Source of the DNA: the human T2T-CHM13v2.0 reference genome, Homo sapiens
Length of the DNA stretch: 64,000 nt
NCBI RefSeq assembly: GCF_009914755.1
Contig: NC_060934.1
Reading direction: 5' to 3' (one strand)
Shown: piece by piece, positions 52,101-64,000 of the stretch
How the letters are laid out: the number at the start of each line of letters is the position of its first letter
How positions within the stretch are numbered: position 1 is the stretch's first letter
Program-made: the position numbers and the translations under genes
Notes under the pieces: model-generated
The model's database searches: none
What the model was told of the DNA's origin: nothing
Seen by the model: the letters and a program-made list of their open reading frames with translations, nothing else

Positions 52101-52777
52101 CTCAGATACTGGGCTGGCGATTGTGGCTGACTTGGTACAGAAGACAGCAAAGGCATTAGGAATCACTTGGAAGCTACAAGCTGCCTACCGACCTCAGAAT
52201 TCCAGAAAGGTGGAGCGAATGAATTGGACTATCAAAAATAGTTTAAGGAAAGTATGTCAGGAAACAGGATTAAAGTGGATACCAGCCATTCCTACGGTAT
52301 TGTTTAAAATTAGGTGCACTCCTTCTAAGAAAACAGGTTAGTACCCTTATGAAATACTGTATCATAGGCCTCCTCCTATACTACGGGAGCTTCCAGGCAC
52401 TCCCGGAGAGTTAGGTGAAATTGAATTACAGCGACAGCTACAGGCTTTAGGAAAAATTACACAAACAATCTCAACGGGTAAATGAGAGATGTCCCATCAG
52501 CTTATTCCCCCCAGTTCACCCTTTCTCTCCAGGTGATCGCATGTGGATCAAGGACTGGAACGTAGCCCCTTTGTGGTCACAGTGGAAAGGACCTCAGACC
52601 ATCATCCTGACCACCCCCACGGCTGTAAAGGTAGAAGGAATCCCAGCCTGGATCCTCCACAGCCATGTGAAACCTGCAGCTGATGAAACCTGGGAGGCAA
52701 AACCAAGCCCGGACAACTCCTGCAAAGTGACTCTGAGGAGGACAACAAGCCCTCTTCCAGTCACACCCGGAAGCTGA
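49199..52777 (+). pseudogene. pol: HERV-E pro-pol (disrupted)
   Basis: Protease LVDTGA (49271); RT motifs LPRG and YVDK (50223-50234, catalytic Asp lost); RNase H DGSS..SAQRAEL; integrase LQVDF..WVEAYP; multiple stops. Confidence 0.92.
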
Positions 52778-52799
52778 CTGGTCTACGCACAGCCGAAGC

Positions 52800-54858
52800 A
52801 TGAGGAGAATCATCATAGGACTCATTTTCCTTATAATTTGGACTTGTATAGTAAAAACTTCCACTGATTTTCCCCACATGGAGGACTGCTCTCAGTGTAT
52901 ACATCAGGTTACCAAGGTAGGGCAACAAGTTAAAACAATGTTTCTGTTCTATAGTTACTATGAATGCCTAGGAACTTTAAAAGGAACATGTTTATATAAT
53001 GACACTCAGTGCAAGGTATGTAGCCCAGGAAACGACTGACCAGATGTGTTTTATGACCCCTCTGAGCCTCCCATGTCCAGTTTTTGAAATAAGATTAAGG
53101 ACTGAAGACTGGTGGGGACTCATAAATGATACAAGTAAAGTATTAGCCAGAAGAGAAGAAAAAGGGTGCCCAAATGCATAATCTTGAAATTTGATGCCTG
53201 TGCTGTCACTAATAGCAATAAGTTAGGCAGAGGATGTGGCTCTTTTAGTTGGGAAAAGGCTATATGACCGAAAATAAGTACATTTGTCATGAATTAGGAC
53301 TGTGTGGAAATGAATGTGGATACTGGTCTTGTGTCACTTAGGCCACTTGGATAAAAAATGAAAAGGATCCAGTCCACCTTCAGAAAGGAAAAAATAGCCC
53401 TTCCTGTACTAAGGGACAATGTAACCCCTTAGAGCTTGTAATAACCAATCCCTTGATCCTCACTGGAAAAAAGGGGAGCATGTGACCTAAGGAATCGACG
53501 GGGCCGGACTGGATCCTCAAGTAAATATCTTGGTTTGAGGAGAAGTTTACAAACACTCTCCTGAGCCAGTGTTTCAAACTTTCCATGATGAACTAAATGT
53601 GCCAGTACCAGAAATTCCAGGAAAAACAAGAAACTTGTTTTTGCAATTACCTGAGCATGTAGCCCAGTCTCTCAATATCACTTCATGTTATGTATGTGGA
53701 GGAACTGTAATAGGAGATCAATGGCTATGGGAAGTCCGAGAATTAGTACCTGCAGACCCAGTTCCTGATGAATTCCTGGCTCAGAAGAATCACCCTGATA
53801 ATTTCTGGGTCCTAAAATCCTCAATTATTGGAAAATATTGCATAGCTAGAGAAGGAAAAGAATTCACTCACCCCGTAGGATGACTTAGTTGTCTAGGACA
53901 GAAACTGTATAATGGTACCACAGAAACAGTCACTTGGTGGGGTTCAAATCAAACAGAGAGGAATCCATCTAGTAAATTCCCAAGGTTGCAAACCATGTGG
54001 ACCCACCTGGAGTACCACCAGGACTGGACAGCCCTCACTGGATTATACTGGATATGTGGGCATAGAGCTTACACCAAATTACCTGACCAGTAGGCAGGTA
54101 GTTGTGTTATTGGCACTATTAAACCATCTTTCTTCCTACTGCCCATAAAAACAGGCGAACTCCTGGGTTTCCCTGTCTATGCTTCCCGCGAAAAGAGAAG
54201 CATAGCTATAGGAAATTGGAAAGATGATGAATGGCCCCTTGAGAGAATCATACAATATTATGAGCCTGCTACTTGGGCACAAGATGGCTCATGGGGATAC
54301 CAGACCCCCATTTACATGATCAACCAAATCATACGGTTACAAGCTGTCTTAGAAATAATCACTAATAAAACTGGCAGAGCCTTGACTATTCTGGCCCAGC
54401 AAGAAACTCAGATGAGAAGTGCTATCTATCAAAATAGATTGGCTCTCGACTACTTGCTAGCAGCAGAAGGAAGAGTCTGTGGGAAATTTAACCTTACTAA
54501 TTGCTGTCTACCCATAGATGATCAAGGGCAAGTAGTTGAAGACCTAGTTAGAGATATGACAAAACTGACACATGTGCGCGTGCAAGTGTGGCATGGATTT
54601 GATCCTGGGGCCATGTTTGGAAAATGGTTCCCAGAGCTAGGAGGATGTAAAACTCTTATAATAAGAGTTATAATAGTAATAGGAACCTGCTTACTGCTCC
54701 CTTGTTTGCTACCTGTACCTCTTCAAATGATAAAAAGCTTCATTGCTACCTTAGTTGACCAAAATGCTTCAGCACAAGTGTACTATATGAATCACTATCA
54801 ATCTATCTTGCAAGAAGACATGGGTAGTGAGAATGAAAGTGAGAACTCCCACTATTGA
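52800..54858 (+). pseudogene. env: HERV-E env (SU disrupted, TM frame open)
   Basis: Signal peptide MRRIIIGLIFL; furin site REKR 54187-54198; [15 protein letters not shown]; TM anchor; stops at 53037, 53881 and 54091. Confidence 0.92.
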
Positions 54859-54884
54859 GTGAGATTCTCAAAGGGGGGGAGGAA

Positions 54885-55346
54885 TAAGGGAGAAGACTAC
54901 CCCTCATATTGTCTTATGCCCAATTTCTGCCTCCAGAGAAAGAAGAAGTAAAAACTAAAAGGCAGAAATGAAATCCACAAGCAGACATCCCAGCACCACA
55001 CCCTGGGCCTGGTAGTTAAAGATCAACCCCTGACCTAATCAGTTATGTTATCTATAGATTACAGACATTGTATAGAAAAGCACTGTGAAAATCCCTGTTC
55101 TGTTTTGTTCCAGTCTAATTACTGGTGCATGCAGCCCCCAGTCATGTACCCCCTGATTGCTCAATCGATCACAACCCTCTCAAGCAGACACCCTTAGAGC
55201 TGTGAGCCCTTAAAAGGGACAGGAATTGCTCACTCAGGGAGCTCGGCTCTTGAGACAGGAGTCTTGCCAATGCTCCCAGCCAAATAAACCCCTCCCTTCT
55301 TTAACTCCGTGTCTGAGGGGTTTTGTCTGCGGCTTGTCCTGCTACA
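54885..55346 (+). repeat. HERV-E 3' LTR (LTR2)
   Basis: Direct repeat of 46598-47063; AATAAA at 55283-55288. Confidence 0.95.
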
Positions 55347-55373
55347 GGGTCTGTGGTCTGGAAAGTTTTCTGT

Positions 55374-55848
55374 TGTTAGATATGAGTTCTAAATTTATTT
55401 TCAAAGAATCAATATGTCAGTATGTTCAATTCTTTACCTTCTACTTTTAAACTTAACTTCCTCATAAAGTAACCTTTTTCGATTACCTGCTCCACCCTGA
55501 CTCCTTTCAATCACCTGCTCCACCCTGACTCATTCTGATTACCTGCTCTGTCATAACCATTTTTCCTGCCAAACCACTCACCCTGTCACACTATTTAAGT
55601 TAGCCAATCAAAATTAGTTTAGCCTGTGTGGTCTAACCCTATCCAATAGGGGAACAGCACAGCAGCAGGGGCCAAGCGCATCAAGGATGAGAACCCCTTC
55701 CCCTCCCTTGTCCAAGTGTGCATTCACCATTGTTCCATCTGTAAGGATGCACACTTCTATAGAATTATCTTGCCTTGCTGAGAATTAAAAAGAAAATTTT
55801 ACATTCAGGTGCTATTTCTTTTGCAGCACTGAAACTTTATATATAACA
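55374..55848 (+). mobile_element. Solo LTR10F-type LTR (HERV-I/IP10)
   Basis: tgttagatatgagttctaaat...tatataaca; TSD ctgt/ctct; inverted homologue of 56701-57201. Confidence 0.88.
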
Positions 55849-56540
55849 CTCTAGAGCTTTGGAAAGTTTCTTAGTCTTAAGTGGGCTATGGTACAAGGTG
55901 TATGTGTCAGAATGCTTTTATCGTTCAATCAGACTTCAGGGTCTGAGAAAACCCAGATGGGGTCTTAATGTGCTTGTTTTTTCATTACAGCCCTCATACT
56001 CAGGCATCAGTTTCTCCAGTTCTTTAATGTTTAACTTATGCAGTCATCAGAATTATAGTAAATGGTTAGTGGTAACTGGCCGCTCTGGTTGCTAATGGAA
56101 ACCAGGCCTGCCACAGAGTTTCTCTGTTTCTCCTGGCTGGATTGCCAAATTGTAGGGGAGAAAACATAATTTTTTTTTTCTTTCCCTTTTTAGGTTCTTA
56201 GTTGAGACACTCTCCTGAAAACAAAAGTCAGATTAACAAAAGAAAAACAAGCAGAGGTTTATTAACCTCTGCTGTTAAAGAACCATAAATCCTGCATAGT
56301 GACAAGACAAAAAGGAGAGCAGTTCCAGTCTTTTAAAGAAAAGAAAATGTGAGAAGATAGTAAAATGTGTTCCTGATTCCTCTAGTAGCTTCTGGTGCCT
56401 TCTCTGGGCTGATAAGCAAGTGCTGTCCCCAGTAAGGAAAGATCTGTGTCCTGCCATCAGGCAGATAGATGCTGATGCAGTGTTTTCCTTTAACTTAACA
56501 ATTCTCAATATTTGGGGAGGAAATATTTTGCTTTCCTTCA

Positions 56541-56700
56541 ATACCAACTGAGTGTCCTATAATTCAATTCAATTATGATACTGTCTCCCTGGAGACAGAT
56601 ACTTCTGACTGACGAGCTATAAATTGGGCTTCCCACAACCCTCCTTCCGTGGGTTTGATAACTTGCTAGGTGACTCACAGAACTCAGGGGAACACTTAAC
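56541..56700 (-). mobile_element. MER21 LTR, second piece
   Basis: acttctgactgacgagctataaattggg...ctcacagaactcagggaacactt; interrupted again at 56701. Confidence 0.75.
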
Positions 56701-57195
56701 TGTTATATATAAAGTTTTGGTGCTGCAAAAGAAAATAGCACTCGAATATAAAATTCTTTTAATTCTCAGCAAGGCAAGGTACTTCTATAGAAGTGTGCAC
56801 CCTTACAGATGGAGTAATGGTGAATGCACACTTGGACAAGGGAGGGGAAGGAGTTCTTATCCCTGACGCACATGGTTCCTGCTGCTGTGTCGTTCCCCTA
56901 TTGGCTAGGGTTCGTCTGCCCAGGCTAAACTAATTCCAATTGGCTAATTTAAAGAGCGTGACGGGGGGAGTGGTTTGGCGTGAAAAATGGTTATGACAGA
57001 GCAGGTAATGGGAATGAGTCAGGGTGGAGTAGGTAATTGGAGTGAGTCAGGGTGGAACAGGAGATTGAAAGGAGTCAGGGTGGAGCAGGTAATCGAAAAA
57101 GGTTGCTTTTTGAGGAAGTTAAGTTTAAAAGTAGAAGGTAAAGAATTGAAAATACTGACATATTGATTCTTTGAAAAAAAATTTAGAACTCATAT

Positions 57196-59300
57196 CTAAC
57201 AACCCCTCCCCTTGTATTTCCTTACAGCTTTCTTTTCAAATTTTTTTAACATATCTTGGCTTAGTTGTTTTGCTTGGTTTTTCAAAAGAAGAAGCTTCTC
57301 TGGATAAGGTGACGGATAGTTAAGGGAGGTTTTAGTAAGTGCCGTTTTTATAAGCCTCTGCATTGACCCATGGATGCATGGTATGACACAGTACCCGACA
57401 AGAATAAGTACACCCATTACGGCTGTGAGGGAAGTAAGAATTGAGGCTATTACTCCTTTCCATTTACTGAACCACTTTTTTAGCCATCCTGTAAAGGGGT
57501 CATTTACCCCTGAGTTGTTGGCTAACTCATTGGATACAGCAGTCAGATCTAGCAATGCCTTTGTTATACCTCCATTAGGGACGGTATTGTTTGGGATGAA
57601 GATGCAACATTGAGTTTTAATCATGATGCAAACTCCTCCTCTGTCTACTAATATCATGTCTAAGGCTATCCTATTTTCCCAAGCCATCTGGCTAGCAGCC
57701 CTTAATTGTTCAGCTATTCCTTTAAGAGCAACTTTAGTGTAGTTAATAAATCACTGTTGGTTGTAGTAGATATAGTTTATCCAATCTACATTTTTATTAA
57801 TTGTCACCTACCAAAATATTGACTTAAATCCTGTAGCTATTTGATTTCAGTCTTTAAATTCATCTGGTATTCCCCTTGGGATTCCAACTGTGTCTAAATA
57901 GACGTGAGAGTTGAAAGACCCATAAGGGGCTTCTCTAGCTTTACGATGTCTTATTTTTCCTTCCTCTGGTTGATGAAATGCCAGAGTGAAAGGGATAGCC
58001 AATTGGACTAAAGCACAAATAAAGCCACTCCAGTTATTTGGCAGAGTGTTCAGTAAAGGTCCTCCACAATACCACCACACATCTGCTCGGGGACGAACAA
58101 ACGCTGACTTATTGATAAGCTCTTGAAAATTCTTAAGCTTACTGCATCCCTTAAGGTCTCCAAAAAATGCTAAGTTTCCTCCCTGTCATGAGAGACATGA
58201 ATTGAACTTAGTGTTGGGAGATGGAAGCTGGATGGCCCTCAGGGGCTGACCCGAGGGGTGCCAGACTTCAGGATATAGCAGAGAGAGAGCTTGGCATGAC
58301 TTATTACTCCAGGCTGTAGAATCCTGGAAAAGAGCTATCATGCAGCCCACACCCAGTTGACTGGAGGACCACCCTGGTGGAAAGGAGACAATCTGGGCCT
58401 CTGGCCTGCCATGCGCACAAGCATAACAATTGCTTTTGTTTAACATGGGGGAAGGAATATTTGATCCATTCCAACCAGGCATTTGCATCTTGGTATCCTG
58501 TCTTAATTGCCAAAGTTTGTTTTCAGTCTTTAACTTTTATGATAGCTATCTTGGTCTTGTTGTTAGATGGAAGAAGAGCAATTGTTCCATTGTGAGAGGT
58601 TTTGGAAGAAGGCTTAGAGGAAGATGCAGTTGGTGGGGGATCAAAGAAACGAATCTAATAGGGTTTGTCTCTGAAACCTCAGCCCCCATACCATAAAACC
58701 GGCTTAAAGAAGGGAACCGGCTTAGAAAAGGGGAAGAACTTTGGGGGTTTGAGATAATAACCTGTATAGAATTACACTGGTTTAGCTGACAGTTAAGGGG
58801 AAGGGCTGTCCCTCTAGTAAAATGAATGTATGGTTTTAGGAAATTACAAAAACCGGTTGGGACAGTCCATTCTTGGTCTTTAGTGGTCCACAGAATGTTG
58901 GACCAACTATGGCATAAAAGCACTACATCAGGGAACAAGACTCCTGGTTGACACTGGGGTCTTTATTGAAATCTCCTCAGATTAAATGATCCTAATTCAC
59001 TAATGCCCAGTCTGAGGAAAGTCAGGAGAGACAGAGGTACTTTTCTGAAGTAGAGAGCTGTCTTTGACCTGGCAAGTCCCCACAGCGTATAACAAGGCAA
59101 GCATTAAATGCAATAGTTTGAGGTGAAATTGACTTGGTTATGTTAATAACTAGATGGTCAGCAATAGAGCAAGGAAAGAAGAAAGAGTAATAGAATAGAT
59201 GAAAGTGTTAAATTTTTCTTAGCTTTAATTTGGTAGGGTTTTCCCCTGGGACTATGGCCTACAACTCTGGAGGCAGTGGCACTTTCTTGACTCAGGTGTG
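57196..59300 (-). pseudogene. env: HERV-IP10 env (disrupted)
   Basis: CYAC motif, cleavage site RHRKAR, ISD WENRIALDMIL, CX6CC (CIMIKTQCC), TM anchor; fragmented across frames; 5' boundary approximate. Confidence 0.85.
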
Positions 59301-60841
59301 ATGAGTCCATCCCATTTTCACTGTATGAACAGCAGTCTCGGTAGTTAGCAGCACAAGGTAGGGTCCTTCCCAGGCTAGCTCAAGTTTTCCTTCCTTCCAC
59401 CCTTTGATGAGAACGTGATCTTCAGGCTGGTGTTAGTTTACTGGAAGTTCTAGGGGTGGTACCTGTGCTAAAAGACTTTTAGTTTTGAGGGAAAGGAAAG
59501 TGGAAGATAAACCAAGTATATAATTTCTAAGAAACTGACCTTTTGTTTTAAATGTGGGGACATCAGCAGTGGACTTTGTAGTCCTTGGTACCTTCTTACT
59601 GAGAAAATTCCTTTAGCACCTATTTTTATTAGTTTTTAGACTAAAAAAAGTCAAACACCATTTTATATTCGACAGTGGTTCCCGTATGATTTTTATACCA
59701 GATAAGCTAAATTTCAACTTTATATTAGTGTGTTATTAATGTTAAACTCAATTGTAATAAAACATTGTAGACATATTTATCTAATTTTAATGTCTGACCA
59801 TAAGGTAAGTTTTTATAGACTCTTTTTAACCTTTTATATTTGTGTTAAGGAGCAGGTTAGTGCTTTAAGAAAAACCTGTTGTGCTTTTATTTTAATGTCC
59901 AGTTCACAGAAAAACTGGATGATATCTCTTTAACTTTAACCAATATGTTTACACACAGAACTTCCTTTACAATTAACCTTTCAAAACTTGCTTAAACCTT
60001 TAAAACAAAAATTTTTTAACCTTTTGACATAGGTAAAAATCCACATTCTTATGCCTCCTTATAATCCTTTTACCAAAGGTATATTTTACTTTCCTTATAC
60101 ACCTTGCACATAAACTGTTTCTTCAATAGTTTTACATTCAGGAGGCCTAAATACTTTTAAATTATACAACATTTCTTGCATAAATTCCCTTTTATAATAT
60201 TTTTTCACGACTTTTACAGACAATTCTTTGACATGCACCAACTTTCTGACTTGTTGCAAACATCCCTTTTTTTAAACAACCAGTTAATTTATTTTTAGGA
60301 CAAGAATTTACCATATAACATTCCTTTTTACATACATTCTCCCCCTCCCCCCCACCTTTTGTTTTTTCTCAAAGATGATAAGCATTCTTTTCCAAAGCGA
60401 ACTTTCTTCATTTCTGTGGACTATACTGTCTAAGGCCAAAAGATTAGAAGTTAGGATAATATATATTACACTGTTAACTTTTAGCAAACTTTACTTTTGT
60501 TGAAAACCTTGTAAGTTTGGGATTTCAATTATTGTTTGCTATTAATAAGACCTTGTTCAGTCCATATTAACTTAGTATTGATATAGATGGCTCCTTCCTG
60601 ATTCTGTAAGTACTTTAAGGTTTGGATGAGTGCAAACAGCTTGCACGTTTGAGCAGCCCAATTATTAGGCAATTTTCCTAACTCTGCTTCTACAAGAATT
60701 TCCTTATCACTCACTGAATACCCATTGTGTCTTTTTCCCTCAATCGCCCGGAAGGAACCATCTATTGTCCTGTCCTGAAGGGAGTTTCTCCTAGGTCTGG
60801 TCAGACCTTTGTATGGTAATTAATTAAGATTTAGATCCCCT

Positions 60842-61251
<410 letters not shown>

Positions 61252-61604
61252 CTACCTTTTTGCCTTTTTTTTTTTTTTTTTTTTTTGACTTAGGATAGTT
61301 CTGAACTGGTGAGGTGTGCTCACAATGAAGTTTCCTCTAAAAGTTATTTTTCTACTTTCTTCTGCTAGGAAAGCAGATGCCACTACAGATTGAATGCATT
61401 TGGGCCATCCGTGGGTTGCTGGGTTAAGGATTTTTGATAGGAAGGCTATGGGTTGTCAGTGGCCTCAGTGCTTTCGGGCTATGCCCTTGTTTACACTGAC
61501 AACAAGGTGGTATTGGAGTGTTACAGTGTCATGGAGAAGACCTTCAATTATCAATTATAGGTTTTAAATTTACCCAGGCTTTTAAAGGAATAGGGTACAT
61601 TGTT

Positions 61605-61780
61605 TTCTCTTTACCACTTCTCTTTCTCTCTTCCTTTCTCTCTTTGACTTTCTGTGTCTTTCTCTCTCTCTCTATTTGACTCCCTCTTTGTCTCTCTGTC
61701 TCTTCCTCTCTCTTTCTGCCTTTTTCTCTTTCTTTTTCCTCTCTCTCTTTTCCCTCTCTCTCTCTCCCTTTCCTCTCTCT
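61605..61780. repeat. CT/GA-rich low-complexity tract
   Basis: Imperfect (tc)n. Confidence 0.9.
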
Positions 61781-61799
61781 TAGTTCTGGGATTCTTTAA

Positions 61800-63369
61800 C
61801 CCTGCTTCCCCATACTTTTTAGGGGGCCTGGTAGACAAGGACCTTGGTCCTCCTGATGGAGGCTGGAGTCCTTTAAAAGTTGGTTCGGACTCTTTATAGT
61901 TTCTGGCTCCCTGGAAACTCTGCCTAGAAGTACCTGGGTTTGGAGCCATCTGTTGGAAGGTGGAAGACAAGCTTTGTCTTTTGTTTCTGTTTTCCTTCAT
62001 CCCTTTTCACGTATACTTTCTGAGCTTCCCTAAGAAGCTCACTTAGGGGATGGTCTTCCCAATTATCTATCTTTTTTAACTTTTTTGAAACGTCTGGCCA
62101 ACTTTTAGTGACAAATTGGAGTTTCAATATTCCTTGCCCAAGGGGATCATCCAAATTGAGGCCTGCATATTGCCTCATTTGCTCCCTCAGTCTGTCTAGG
62201 AATCTCATAGGCCCTTCATCCTTTTCCTGTTGTATATCAAATGCTTTAGAAAGATTTCAGGTTCAGGGTACTGATTCCCGAATTCCTTTTATTATTATCT
62301 CCCTTAGGTCCTGCATATTTTCCCAGTGATCTGCATTGTCATTGTCCCACCAGGGGTCTTGGGAGGTGAATTTCTGGTCCATGGTAGGGACATTTATACC
62401 GGGAGGGTGCTCACATTCCCAAACTACCATAGCGGCCCTATGAATCATACTCCTTTCTTCTCCCTGAAAAGAGGATGCCTAAGATGGACATTAACTTGAC
62501 CCAAGTGTATAACTGAGGGCCTAAGAATTGGTCAGTTTGGTCTGCCACTCTGTAAGGGTTATCTAGTAGCAGTTTAAGCTCCTTTTTTAAAATTCCAGAC
62601 TTCTGAACTGGTTAAGGGAGCATTTACAAAGCCAATTGCCCCCGCTTCTTGTAGTACCTCTTTCAAAGGGAAGAGGGTCGGGGCTGACCTCTTAGGTACG
62701 GAGGGGAATGGGAAATTCTGAATATCTTTTTTACATTGTTCTACCTGACGCTGGAGTCCTTTTAGAGAGGAGTCTTTAGGTTGGGAGGGGAACAGGCTGG
62801 TGGAACAGTAATTCCCAAGAGTCGGGGTTATAAGGAGGAGGGATAACGTGAGTGGAGGGAGAATTTGGAATGGGATCTGTGGTGGCAGTGGCTGTCTGAG
62901 GGGAAAGATTGGGGACACTGAGTGGGGGAAGGTAGCCTAGGGGATCCCATGTGCTGGAGTCTTTAGGCATGAAAGCTGGCTCCTCTGACTTTTCATTTTG
63001 AGATGCCAGATTGGGTTCTTCCCAATTTGTTTTTAAGGGAAAAAGGAGGGCAGGTCCTTGCCTCCAACAAAGAGCATAGCCTAGTTCTTCTTGAGACACT
63101 GGACTTTTATCATTAATATATCAGATTAGAAGCTGAGACATTACATCCTCATTCGACCTAAACTTTGGCTGAAAGATTGAGGGTTTAAGGATGGGTCCCT
63201 GAGTCCAAATAAAACAGCAATATTTTATCATTTGTTGCTTTTTCCTATGTTTAGTCCTTTCTTTATCCTTCCAGTGTTTTAGCATGAGACCTAGGGGGGT
63301 ACCTGGGGTGATATCTTTGTTACCATCTTTATCCCCTTTGTTACCTGTCTTGCTTGGGGTGTTTCCCAT
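61800..63369 (-). pseudogene. gag: HERV-IP10 gag (disrupted, 3'-truncated)
   Basis: MGNTPSK start at 63369, PPPY, capsid RFLDRLREQMRQYAG..FVTKSWPD; frameshifts. Confidence 0.88.
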
Positions 63370-63400
63370 CTTGATGGTTTTGGGGTAAGGTTCAAGGTTC

Positions 63401-63602
63401 AATTTCCCTTACTGGAAATTTCTTACCTTTTGGGGTGAGGCTCAATTTCCCCCACTGGAAATCTCTTGCCTTTTGGGGTGAGGCTCAACTTCCCCCACTG
63501 GAAATTTCTTGCCTTTTGGGGTAAGGCTCAACTTCCCCCACTGGAAATTTCTTGCCTTTTGGGGTGAGGCTCAATTTCCCCACTGGTAATTTCTTGGCCT
63601 TT
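63401..63602. repeat. 43-bp tandem repeat, about 4.7 copies, in the HERVIP10 leader
   Basis: Unit aa(t/c)ttcccccactggaaatttcttgccttttggggtgaggctc starting at 63401, 63444, 63487, 63530 and 63573. Confidence 0.95.
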
Positions 63603-63672
63603 CTACTACTGGAGGTTCGTGTGAGGTTCAATTCCCCCCAATGGGGATGTCTCGCATCTTTTTAACCTCTAA

Positions 63673-64000
<328 letters not shown>

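Larger units (their letters stand above)
46598..55346 (+). mobile_element. Full-length defective HERV-E provirus (LTR2-gag-pro-pol-env-LTR2)
   Basis: Paired LTRs, tRNA-Glu PBS, PPT 54870-54884, TSD GGGT at 46594-46597 and 55347-55350. Confidence 0.96.
46347..56115 (-). mobile_element. ERV1-class solo LTR (family uncertain, MER66-like) in three pieces: 46347-46597, 55347-55373, 55849-56115
   Basis: Minus strand starts tgtggcaggcc; TSD GAGT at 46343-46346 and 56116-56119; the pieces rejoin once the inserts are removed. Confidence 0.7.

Noticed and set aside
46598-55346. Replication-competent provirus, or firm assignment to the CT-RCC/ERVE-4 locus
   Set aside because: It has many stops and frameshifts and YVDD>YVDK. 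Locus identity cannot be established without mapping, and the R/U5 sequence looks different from what I recall for CT-RCC.
61611-62000. Arg/Glu/Lys-rich 129-aa ORF
   Set aside because: It is mostly translation of the GA-rich low-complexity tract.
63401-63602. 43-bp repeats as a CRISPR array
   Set aside because: The units are head-to-tail with no unique spacers, there are no cas genes, and the context is a primate ERV leader.

Overview
This is human or great-ape repeat-rich genomic DNA, intergenic or intronic. I found no intact cellular protein-coding gene, RNA gene or CRISPR array, and nearly every ORF in the track derives from Alu, L1 or ERV sequence. The left 39 kb holds about 20 Alus, MaLR/ERV solo LTRs (THE1, MST, MLT1, MER41, LTR47-like) and hAT MITEs. 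It also holds a 5'-truncated L1PA2-type element inserted antisense into an older L1MA, and an HMGN2 processed pseudogene interrupted by an Alu. The right 25 kb is a deeply nested endogenous-retrovirus complex. A MER21 LTR is split by a non-coding MER4-group provirus (tRNA-Arg PBS). That provirus is split by a solo ERV1 LTR, which is in turn split by a full-length defective HERV-E provirus (46598-55346, tRNA-Glu PBS) and a solo LTR10F only 27 bp away. The same MER21 is also hit by a minus-strand HERVIP10F/FH provirus that runs off the window end. The most notable observations are the TSD-verified nesting, the HLA-A11 tumour epitope ATFLGSLTWK encoded across the HERV-E PBS, an open HERV-E TM frame, an inverted pair of AP-1-repeat LTR10F copies, a MER41 with GAS plus two kappaB sites, and an inverted duplication around a (TG)n tract. 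I see no evidence of a wholly new biological system. Repeat subfamily names come from recalled consensus sequences, and boundaries without a TSD are approximate.
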